64,000 nucleotides of DNA, taken from the NCBI GenBank assembly GCA_964187785.1, contig OZ076409.1, positions 18,106,001 through 18,170,000 of the forward strand, read 5' to 3'. Made by a program: the position numbers and the translations under genes. Shown here piece after piece: positions 39,701 through 51,700 of this stretch. Origin of the DNA: Amphiscolops sp. MND2022. Its lineage: Eukaryota. Every line of letters starts with the position of its first letter. Position 1 is the first letter of the stretch. The notes under the pieces were generated by a model that saw only the letters and a list, made by a program, of their open reading frames with translations, was not told where the DNA came from and made no database searches.

Positions 39701-42700
39701 TAACTGTAGGTGGTCTAAAGTTGTTGTGATCAGTTTCTACTTGCTGATAGTCTATCCTCGTGGTTATTTCTGGTGGAATTACTTGTGGAGTGTGTTGTTC
39801 TTGTACCCGAGGAATTGTTTCTTCTGAAGGCTCTTTTTCGACCAAGTCTTGATCTAGATTGTCATTCTCATCCTGATCTACTTCGTCGGTCATCGGAATA
39901 TTCGAGTCGAAAATGTCCGTGTCTTCAACCCTTTCGGTATCTGGGTAGAGATGTTTGGACATGTTGATGTCGTCAATCGGAAATTCCGGTTTGAACAATC
40001 TCAGTCGCATGCGATGTACGCACTGAGTTTGGTGTGTGCCTACTTTGCGGATGATGTAGTTGCTATCGGATAGCACTTTAATCACCTTGTACGGTCCTTT
40101 CCAATGGAAAGTTTTAAACTCTTCTTTGCTTCTCTGAGAGTCGTACTTAGGGTCTAGTAGGAACACAAAGTCATTCACCTTCAGTGGCTGTGCTCGTGCT
40201 TTTCTATCATAGTACGTTTTGTACTTGTGATAGGCGGAAATGATGTTGTCTAGATTGTCTCTGAAGATAAAATTCATTTTGTCTAGAATTTCGTTCACGT
40301 CTTTGCACTTTGTTTCAGCCGGTTTGTTTGCGTTTCGGAATTGCAGATCTAGTGAGTTGTATGGTGTTCTTCCGTGGAAAATTTCGGTTGGTGAGCATTT
40401 CAGTGAATCATGATACGTTGTGTTATGGGCCATGATTGCTATGTCGACATAGCGGTCCCATTGTGGTCTGTCTGCGTTTACACTAATCTTAAGGATCTTT
40501 TTCAGTTTCGCGTGCGTTCTCTCCACCATGCCTATTGTCTGCGCGTGCTTTATCGTGGCATGGGAGATGTGAATATCAGCCGCTTTCGCGATTTCAGACA
40601 GAAGTTCAGCCGTGAACGCCGTGCCTTTGTCGGTCAGAATGTGTTTGGGCACATACGCGTGTTTTGTGAAGATCGACAGTAGTCCTCTGACTACGGAATG
40701 TGTGTCAGGTCTCTTCAGCGGAACGGCGAACAGGTAGCGCGAAAAAACGTCAACAGCCGTCAGAATGTGTGTAAAACCGTTCGATGCCGGGAGTGGACCA
40801 ACGATGTCTATTTCCAGCAGGTCTTCTGGTCCGTCGCACGGGTCGTAGATTTTTTGTAACGGTGGACGTAGTTGCGTTTCTTTTACACTTTTAGACTTCA
40901 TGCAGTTTTCACATCCGTCAAGGACTTTTTGAACTTTATAGGCTAAGTTAGGAGAGTAATATCTTTTACGAAGTTCATACAACATTTTCTTTAAACCAGG
41001 GTGTCCTTGTACCGGGCTGTTATGTAGAGTCCTAATTATTTTCAAAATACAGTCTTCAGGAACGACTAACTGCTTATGAGACTCTAGTCCCATGTGGTCA
41101 AAAAACTGTCTGTACAAGACACCGTTTACAACTTGTAGGCGTTTTCGATTTTTGTACAACTTTTGAAAAAACTGGTCTTGCATGTTAACTGGGTGTTGCA
41201 AAATTTCAGTACCTTCTAAAAATCTAATCATTTTTTGGATAACCCAGTTATTTTTCTGGACCTGAATTAGATCGATCCCCTCGGCGGGGCTAACCTGACT
41301 CATTACCGGGTGTGATAATGATACTTTACGGATGAATTGCGAGAGTTGAATCGGCTCGTCCACGTCTGTGAGGCGGTACGTCAGATGGTTGTCAGTCGCG
41401 AAGTCATCTGAGGCCGCAGTTCTCTCACAGTTGGTGAACTTCATCCCTTTCCCATCGTCATGAGCCACGTCAGTGCCAGTTGCCAATTTCATCTCTTTGA
41501 CATCCTTCTGGCGTTTGCATCTGAGTGGTTCGCTCGCGGGGAAGTAATCAGGCTCGTCTTCCTCCTGTTTTGGTGTACGGGAGGCGATGTCGATCTCGAT
41601 CCTGTGAATTGGAATAGTATCAGTCAATTTTAAATGTACACGGTCTTCAGGTCTAATCTCAAGCCGAGATAAGTAATCCGCTGCGGGATTTTCAACTCCT
41701 GGAACATGTGCTAATAGAAAATTGAACTGAAGGGTTTGATCGCAAAAGTTCCAAAGTGAAGGCGGGATATGCTTCGCCTGGAAAAATCTAGTCAAGGCCT
41801 TATTGTCAGTCATAACAATGATGGGTTTTTCGCACCCCACAAAATGTGGCCAAATTCATCGAATGCAAAGTGCATAGCTAAAAACTCTTTGGCATACATT
41901 GTTAGAGACATCTGGCCGCCCTGAAATTTCTTAGAGCCAAATGCAACAGGGGCGTATGTATGTTTGACTGACGGGTCTGCATAATCCTCGATTAACAACA
42001 CATAGCCTGCAGCGTGTTCGCTGGCGTCACACATGATTACCAGTTGTTTATCTGGTAATGGCAATTTCAGAGACACTTTTGTTGCTTTTAACAAACTTTC
42101 ATTAATTTCAAAAATAGCATCTTTATGTTGTTGGTTCAGCTTGAAAGGGACGTCTTTCTTGATGAGTTCCTGTAAACAACAAGTTTTATCAGCTAGACGG
42201 GGAATGTAAGACCTGTAAAAGTTCACAAAACCAAGATAACGTTGCAACGCTTTCACTGAATTGGGGGGTTTCAACTTCGTTAAATAGTCTGTTACGCGTT
42301 TTTCAATGGGAGCAATACCAGTGCTAGAAATGGTTTTTCCCAAGTACTCAATTTGTTTTTGTCCAAATTCACATTTACTCATGCTAAGTTTAAGACCAGC
42401 TTTTTGCAATTGTTGAAAAACAAGTTCAAGGTTGGTAATCAATTCTTCGGGTGAGTGTGCTGCAATTCCAATATCGTCAACGTATTGGGCACAGCGGTCC
42501 GCTTTGACCAGGGGGTCCAAATACTCACGGATTACTCCTGTAAATGCTGACAAAGAACGATTAAGACCTTGTGCTAGACGTAAAAATGCAAAAGTTCTAG
42601 ATCCAAAATTAAACGATAACAGTTGGACAGATTGCTCATCGGCCATTGGAATGCAATGGTAGGCCTGGGAACAATCAAGTTTGCAGAAGTACTTTTTCCC

Positions 42701-45700
42701 GGCCATGTGTTGGGCAGCGTCAGCAATTGTTGTTACGGGATGATTGTGCTCACCGTAATCGTTTTTGATCAGGTGGTTTATTCTTCTCAAGTCAACTAAA
42801 ATCCTCAATTTACCATTAGGTTTACGCTGAGCAAATATCGGGGAAGAGTATTTGCTGTGAGGCAAAGTAGTTATAATCCCGTACTCTTGCATTAGGGCTA
42901 ACTCCACGAGCAAATCGTCCTTCAAATTTGTCGGAGTCGGGAGACTTTGTGAATAAACAGGTTCTTCATGTTGAGGTGTTAACTTAACTTTAAAATCAGT
43001 GTTCATGCCAATATCAAAACGGTGTCTAGCAAAAATGGAGTTGTACTTTACCAGCAACTCCTCTACCTGTAACCGTTGAGACGGAGTAAGAAGCGAGTCG
43101 TCCCAGTTGAAGTTCTTCAGGAAGTTCATCCGTTGTTCATCGGATTGGGACGGGTCAAGCTTCTCGAGCTCTCGCAGTGCCAGAATCTCATCATAAATCC
43201 GTCGCTCAATTGCGTTGAGTTTGTCTGGCTCACTGCACGTCTCGGGAGTTGGGTACCACTTGGTTGACTTCATTTCAGGGTTCACAAACAGTTGGTTGAT
43301 CACTGCTTCGGCTTCATCTGGATACTTGGTGATCAAGTTCAAGTGTTCCACTGGCATGGGCGTGATGTTTGCCGCCTGGTGTGGTGTCGGGATGCGAAAG
43401 TGTGCCAGAGTGGTGTTGGCTTCAAGTGTGTACGTGTGGTTGTTTGGGTTGGTGACCTGGATTGTCGTCTTGCCCTCGTCTAGGTCAACCAAAGCTGGAG
43501 AAACAAGCAAACACGTCTTTCGCATGAATCCAGGTGAGCCCTCAACTGTACCAGTTGTAAGTGAGATGTCCGCGTCACTGTGGACCTGTATCATCACTTG
43601 ATGGAGAGGAGGGATCACTGTTCTAGTACTGGAACACAAATCAATTAAACCAGTTTTGAATCTGTTGTTCTTTTGCTGTCTAACTTGCATGGACATCATG
43701 TGATTAGGGAAGTGGACAAGGTGGTTTTTGATGTCTAAGTTGACTGAGTACTTTTCAAAAAAGGACATTCCAATTAAAATTGTTCCCATTGTTGGAAGGA
43801 TTAGGAACGTTTCTTCGAATACTTTTCCAGCAACGTAAAATCTAAGTAAGACTTGCTTACGCACTGGGACTAAGTTCCCGTTTGCTATTTGAATTTTGAA
43901 ATTCGGAGGGGGGAATTCTTGAAGGATGGCTTCTGGATGAGCCGTTGTTATTTTTCGCAGTTCGGCTTCAGACATTGCACTTTGTATTGCGCCTGTGTCT
44001 AAAAGTGCGCTGTTTTCGTATTTGTCAAACTGAAGAGGGACGTACAGCATTTTATCTTTCTTGTTTAAATGTAAAGTGGGACTGAGAACGTGAATTTCTG
44101 TTTTAATTGCATGTTTTTTAGTTTTTGAAACGTTAATACTACTCTGTTTTGCATGTTTTTTAATACTAAGCCGTTTGTCGATTGTTGAGTGTGAAGTCGA
44201 GTCGTCGTCTAGATGGTGGGTTTCCATCTCTTTGGCATCTTCCACCTGCCTCATGGTGTTTGGTTGCCAGTTCATCGTTTGTTCATCGTTGATTTCAGCG
44301 AGTGGAGAAAAACGGCTGCCGTTGAGTTGACTTGCATTTCTCATCGCTTTTTCATCGTTGGAAAGTCTTCGCTGATAGACGTCGTCAGCTTTTGGTCGTT
44401 TGTCCAGTGAAGGCTGCCATTTCTTCATTGGACGGTCGTGTGTAGTCGGTTGAGTCGAAAGTCGTTGGTCGCGCGTTGTGTTTCTAGCGGGCGGAAATCG
44501 TGGCGGAATCAAAAACCCTGATTTATGTCTTCATCAGAGTAGGTTTCTTGGTCTTCTTCTTCGGTGACTGCTTGCATAGGGTTCATCGGCTTTTGTTGTC
44601 GTTTTAAGTCTTGTCTTCTAGTTCTGTTGTCATCTTGTGAATTCGTTGCGTATGGAATCTTTCCATATGCAGAACTGCTTTCTTTAGGGACACGTCGTCT
44701 GCAATCCCTTGCTGAGTGGCCTGTGTAACCGCAAATCTGGCAGACCAATTTTGGATTGTATTTCGGCTTATCTGGATCGGCTGCTTTCTTCATTGGGATT
44801 GCATCCTCCTTCTTTATGCCGTTCGCTTCGTCTCGTTGTCGGGCGCGACATTCCGTTTTGCGGTGTCCTGTCTTTCCGCAGTAGAAACATTGTCCTTCAA
44901 ATCGTTTTCGTTCTGTCGGTTGTGCGGTCGTCGTTGTTGTTGTAGGCTTCGTCGTTGTAATCGTAGGTGGTGCTGAGGAGGTGACCGCGTTGAATGGTTG
45001 GATTGCCGTAGGTGGCGCGACGTACTGCTGGTACTGGTATTTTCGCATTAGGTAGGTTTTGATTTCCTCTGGGGAGCTCTCTTCTTTGTTTGCCATGGTG
45101 AGCTCTTGTTGAATCTCGACTGGCAGTTTTCCAAACAGGAACATTTTGATTATTCTGTCGGCCTCATTGCCGAAGGCTTGTTTGGCAGTCTTCTTGAGAT
45201 TTTTGAGGAAATCGCCGAATGTTTCTGTTGTGGGATCATAGCGTGCTTGATCCCATTTGTAACGGGCCACTTCCTTTAGATCCTCTTTTGCAAATTCTTT
45301 TCTGAAGAGGTCGAGTACGTCCTTTAGTGTTGTCATCGGCGTTATCTGGATGGATTGCCAGTATTCTATTGCGTCATCTCTCAAAAGGCTTTGAAAGAAG
45401 TGTAGTTTGTTCTCCTCGGTGATTTTGTTGGCAAGCGGGCTAAGGTGGTTGAGGAGAAGGTGTTCAAATTCGACGAATTTGTCTTTTTGGCCTCTGAAAT
45501 TTGGCACGTGTGTCTGCAGAAGCTTCGTGTTGGTGGTTGTGTTTTTGATCCGTTGGGGGATCGTCTCGATTGCATTGAGCAGTCGTTCCTCATTGCTTCT
45601 GGGGGTTGATTCTCCTTCGTCTGAATCGTCTTCTTGGTAACTTCTGAAGTTGGTGAAGCTGGTGGTCGGGCGGTTGGAGCGGGTTTCTGTAGCTCCTGTC

Positions 45701-48700
45701 ACCATGTCGAACCCAACCGTGTGGGTCGGCTTTGAAGGACCTTTCGAGGTTGACTGTCGGTTTTCGGTGTCTGTCTTACTTATGACAGCCATCATTAAGT
45801 CCTTCAGTTGACTGAACTCATTCTGTAGTTCGTTTATCTTTCTCTCATAACTCTCTTTTATTTCAGATAACTGAGACGAGATATCAGAAACCTCGTTGCT
45901 ATCAGAGTCATTGGCAGAAGACTGAGCCATGTCTGGGTCCGTTTGAATGGGTGTTTCTGATGAGGAACTAATAACTCTTCCGCTTCTGAGTTCTGTGCCT
46001 AGATCTGGGTTCATAGAGGTGAGAGAAAAGGAATTATGAGTGAAGACTGGATTCTGGATGATTTTCGATGTATTTTACTATTTTGTGCCGTTATTCGAAC
46101 TCAAACTCACTATTTCTGAACTTGAGATGTAAATGCGATGAGTTTTACAGTAAGACAAGGATACTAGTAAAGAATGAGAATAGTTAACGAGGATTAAGTA
46201 GAGTTCATCCAAATTTCATCGAATAGATATCAATCAAGAAATTACTCAGAGTTGTGAAGGTAGCGTTATTTACGATGAATAAGAGATATGTTTTCTAGTT
46301 CAAATCTGTCGTAATTCGTCCAACTGGACAGTAGCTAATCGCAATTTCGGTCTGTGTAAACTCTTATGGCGGTCCAAAATACAGCAGTTCACGTGTCTTT
46401 TCGGGCTGGTAAGACGCTAAATCTCTTACCAGCCGACTCTTATTGGCTATTGCCAGTTGGTGCTAATTGGTAAGTCACGTGACCGGTGTTGTGAACTGCC
46501 GCAAGTTGGCCAAACCACATGGTACATCTACATATGCTAATTATGACTAATCATCACTTTACAATGTCGCAATTGCCTGCACACAGTGTCATGGTTTCTA
46601 TAGCAACTCAAATCATTCAATAATGTACTAATTTCAAGTCAAAACAGAGTAAGCTGCATCACAGGATGAGAAAACGATGTTTTTCCAACTAATTCTAGCA
46701 TTAAAATCAATACTTCAAAAGCAAAGATGGAAACGCGATGAATTCGTCAGAATATTTGCTGATTTTCAAGTCTAGTTTAGCTCTGGATGAAAATGCGATG
46801 AATGGTGGTCTTTTAGCTCGAAAATCAACACGATATGAACTGACGATGATAAAAGGATGAACTCGTCTTCAAAATGAATGATTTCCAGCACAATTTAAAT
46901 CAACGATGGTAAAAGGATGAACTCTCCTCGAAAATAACTAATTTCCAGCACTAGTGAAATTGACGATGAATTCAGGATGAATTCAGCCAATAAAACAGGT
47001 GAAACAGCTAATTCTGCAGTGAAGACAAATATACGATGACTTTAGGATGAATACATTCAATAAAACAGCAAAATCTAATGAATGAAATTCCAACGATGGG
47101 TTTAGGATGAACTCAACTGAAAATTCGGCTAGTTCTAACGTAAGTCGAACTAGCGATGAATTTACGATGAACTAGTGATGAGTTAATCTAATAAAACAGA
47201 TATCCAGCACTTCACTCTTTTTTAGGATGAATTAAGGATGTACTTTCTCATTTCTTGTAGTTTCTGTTCAGGACGATGAAATATAGATGTGTTATGCTCT
47301 TTTTAAGAAATGAGAAGCACATTGAAGGTTAATAATCACAAAACGACGATGAGTATAGGATGGCTTTCATGCATTTTAAAGTCCCGTGAGATCCGCTGAT
47401 GGATCACTAAATAAAATCAAATATATGTCCCAAATTTTGTTCACCCGCAATCTTGGCGATGTGATTGCGATGAACCTTGATAATATAGCACCGTAATTTC
47501 ACTAATAGATCAAGTTGTAGGATCACTAAGTCCGCTGGTGGATTAGTGATGAACTTTCCTGAAATTCGTCACGACTACAAGTCCTGAGGCGAGGGAGCTA
47601 GTAGAAGTTACAGATTCCATTATTTCTACATCTCTCGGTCCAGTCTGACCGGAAGACTTCTCTCCCTTATCGTGACAAACCAATATTGAATAAGATAGCA
47701 CATTAAAAGCTATTGGCAAGATCATTTGTGCGGACACCGGAATTAGAGCGCTCAGTATTAAGTAAATATATATAGCTCAAACTCAGGGGGGATAGGGATT
47801 AAAGTACAAGTAACGTAGGGTTGCTCACAACCATGGCTCTTATTATATGACATCATATTGCCCATATCTAAGTACATAAGACATAATATTTACATTACAA
47901 ATATTTAGTAGATTATATTTCCATCATGCTGGCATGACAGCATGTCTAATGTTTTAAGTGTATGTTATGGGATTCCGCAGAATTGCGTTGACGGTTTCTC
48001 GGTTTCCACAACACTAGTGGAATTCAATCAAATTTGTACGTTTAAAGACATGTCTGTGGAATCTCAGGAGTTACACGCACAAAATTGTGTTTGCAGAAAA
48101 TAGGCGGGTCTATGCACTGTAATGGAGAGTCAAAACAACAGATTAAATCATTTTTCATAGTCGTTCGTTGGCTTTCAAATTAGAGATGGAGCTATTGACC
48201 ATGTCCGGACCCATGTGTAACGTTACCATTTAATACATAAATAGGAGCATGGTGGTGACAAAAAAATCGCTGAAACACTCTCATCCAACTTTTGAAATGG
48301 CATTGAACACATATGATTGTTCTTTTTACTGACTCTGCCCTTCTGAACAGAAAGGAGGTTACGAACAGACGAGGGCAGACCGAAGGCGAACAGAGAGCCT
48401 GTATAGCAGAAAAACTATTTTTAAAAACTCAAAATTAGCAGGAAATCAGTAAAAAACATCTTTGTTGTAGTTTGGTGTATTACTGCTGTATTTTAGCAAC
48501 ACGCAACGTTTTATCCTTGTTCTGTACTTGGAGCCCCAGTTTACTAGTTGTGTGTACTGCCATGCTGAAGTTTTGCAGTATCGATTATCAAAGTGTACGC
48601 CTGAATGTTTGAGCTTGTGAGCTCTTCTTCACCATTTCGTTCTTGGGCTTATTATCCTTAGAAATTGAATCATTTCTCTCGCAGTTTTTTAATGCTATCA

Positions 48701-51700
48701 GTACGATGGCTCTGGAAAGACAAAATAGTCGTTGCCTTTGATAGTTACTGACTAGGATTGGTTGGAGGATATCCAAAGAATCGGGACAGTACCCAAGGGA
48801 GGCAAAATGGACCTACTACCTTGCGCAAAGCCCCATCCTGTGCACCCAAATCCCATCATTTTAGGTTTTTCCCACTATTGTAAATAAGCCAAGCTACGCG
48901 GCAGCTTGCCGTTCCACAATATCCTAACCTGCGGTTAATCCATTGTCCGGCGAGGATGTCACCGGAGTTGTTCCATCTCTAACCAATGTGAAAGTAACAG
49001 CAGGAGCGGCAGAAGCATCATCTGCGTGGGTGGCTTCTTCGTAGGAGATTTCACTTGCACTCACTGTTGTAAGAGTCAACGTAGGTTCTTTTGGACCTGC
49101 AACAGCAATTTACAGTTTTTTGGGAATTAGTTTTGAGATTTAAGCATGGTCTAAATGAAACGCCAAAAAATATATAATTCCGATCAAATAAAACGATGAA
49201 AGAAAAAGATTTTGTAGCAAAAGAATATTAAAAAATACTTTTCCTTCATTATCAAAAAATATTACAACCAGTTCATTCAACTTTTCATATTTGAAACAAC
49301 TTTTGCCAACTGTTTCAACTTACAACCATTTTTTTGGCACGTCCTCTTTCATCCATGCTTTTTTCGTTTCAAAGTTCGAAATGTTTTAACAAGATGAGGT
49401 TAGCTATATTCAATTCACAGTATACTTGTGCTGCTGATGCACTCCCAAGCAGTAGATTAAAATTCTGTACTCTTGTCGTTAGAACAACATCGCTTGTAAC
49501 AATTCCGACTATGAAAACAAATATTTATAACCAATATCATACTACCTTGTGTCCTTTTTCTACCCAGTACGAAGCCATGGTATCCTTGCCAAGATCCATG
49601 GCAAGTTCCTTGCTAGCCTTGCCAAGATCATGCCATGATCTTACCATGGTCTTGGCAAGGATACCATGGCCATGCAAGACCGTGCAAAGGCTAACCATGA
49701 TCTTGGCAAGGATGCCAAGATTAACCATGTTCTTGACAAGGGTTTGATGGTAGCAAAAATCCGTTTTTTGGTAACTCTGATTTTCTAATTCTATTTCTTC
49801 TTATTGCACTAGTTTCTATTGCTTCTCGAATTTCAGTAATTTCAACATGTTACCTCAATAGGTGAGGTATTAGCAAGATTGACAAATCATAGCTAAAAAA
49901 GATGGTTTTCACACCGATATCGCCAACCCGCAAGTTGCAATATCTTGATTCGGAGTTTGCTTTGTATGATAAATTATGATAGTAGTAACAATGCCGTGCT
50001 CTCAAGTAACAAAACTCGGTTAATAGGTGCACTTTTTCGAGAACTTTTGGATACATTTCAGTGTAAAAAAACTTTTCGATAAATAAAGGTTATGTCCGAA
50101 GTTATCACAACGGTTTATTCAGAAATTGGAGACGGCAAGAAATTTTTGTGAAAGGAATAAATTATACAATTAAAAGCAGCTCACATGTCTTACCATTGAC
50201 AAGCGTTCCATGTATCATGATTAGCCATGATCTTGACAAGGGTACCATGGTTAACCATGATTTAGCAAGATTAGCCATTATCATGGCAAGCGTTCCATGG
50301 CTTCGAACACTGGGTACCCTCTAAACAACTTTATAACTTTGCAGACTGGCACATTTTAGAAATTAACCTCGCTAAAAAAAAAACGTTTTAAATTACCAAC
50401 TATCCAAACTGCTACAAGTATGTATGATTCCAAAACTGAGCATTTTGGTGGTAAAATTATTGCAAATGCTTTCAGGAAATTTCCTTTCAATAACATGAAG
50501 ATCAAATGGGCTCATTCGAATTACAAAGCTGAATATGAGTTCTTTAGCAACTTTATTGGAAGCCAGGTGACATTTTCTGGAAACCTTTCTTTCATTTCTG
50601 CGATTTTTCGGCACTGTGAATTTTTGAGAAAATTTTCCGAAACCTATTTTTAAGCAATTTGATGCACTTTACCCTATCTGAGCATTAGGTAAAGCGCCAA
50701 CTTATGCCGTTACCACTTTGTTTAGTTTATGATATTCCGTTACTTTTTCCGAGAGGCCAGAGTACTTGCGTTCGAGTCCAGCATTGTTTCAAAAAACTTT
50801 CAAATTTGCAAATATAGACGACAACCCTTTGGTTTTGTTAACACTGTGCGACTATTTTCGGAAGCTCTTGGTGTGACCAGAGGAAGATGTCTCTCTTCGA
50901 AAATTTTGATGTTTTCATTCAATTACAGAAAAGCCATTTGAAACGTTTTGGTTTTTTTCGGGAATGTCCCATTTTTCTGAATATCGTTTTTCATCAAAAA
51001 ATCTTTTAGCGCGTGAGTTTCGAAGCTAGTCTCGAAATATAGTTTTTTAAACTGGCTGTAACTATCCTATTTTCTGATGAAACGTCATTTGGGATGAAAA
51101 TGAGCTGTTTCCAAATTATTGACGTTTTTTTCAGAAATCTCTAAGATCTCGCCAAGAAGCTGCCGAGAAGCACAATTACCCAGTTCGTATTTTTTCCGAG
51201 AGAACTACAAAACTGTGATTTTCAAAACAACGTAAAAAGCGATAGAAAATGCAGTGTATCCAAACTATAATGATCTAAAATAATACCATTTTCTGATATA
51301 ATGTACACTACGATAAATGCGATAAAAATTCCTAATCATATCACGCAGTGTCGAGACCAGACTTAGTATTTTCATGCATTCAGAAATGCTTTAATATATA
51401 CAAAAAACATGCACTTGAAAAGCTGTTAAAATGGTTTTTGAAACAAAAATCACTTAATTTCATGCTAAAACGAGGTGATGATACAGATCATCAGATGAAA
51501 ATCGTTTTCCATTTTCAGTCAAAACTACTTCATAAACTGAAAATGACCGTTCAACATCGACTGGAGCTGTAGAGCCATTTTCAGGTATAAGTTGTACCTC
51601 ATCAGTGTAAAAACTCTTGGAACTCTTGCCAAGATCTTGCATATTCTTACATATTCCCGTTTACTCTTGAACGCCTTAATAAGATCATGTTCATTCTTGC

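Larger units (their letters stand above)
28661..47939 (-). mobile_element. Full-length Ty3/Gypsy LTR retrotransposon, 19,279 bp, very recent insertion
   Basis: Two 2235-bp direct repeats with TG...CA ends. 5-bp target-site duplication GCATG at 28656-28660 and 47940-47944. PBS next to the 5' LTR. gag with two CCHC knuckles. pol domain order PR-RT-RH-IN. Confidence 0.97.

Noticed and set aside
42432..45640. Short plus-strand ORFs within gag/pol
   Set aside because: Antisense shadows of the long coding frames.
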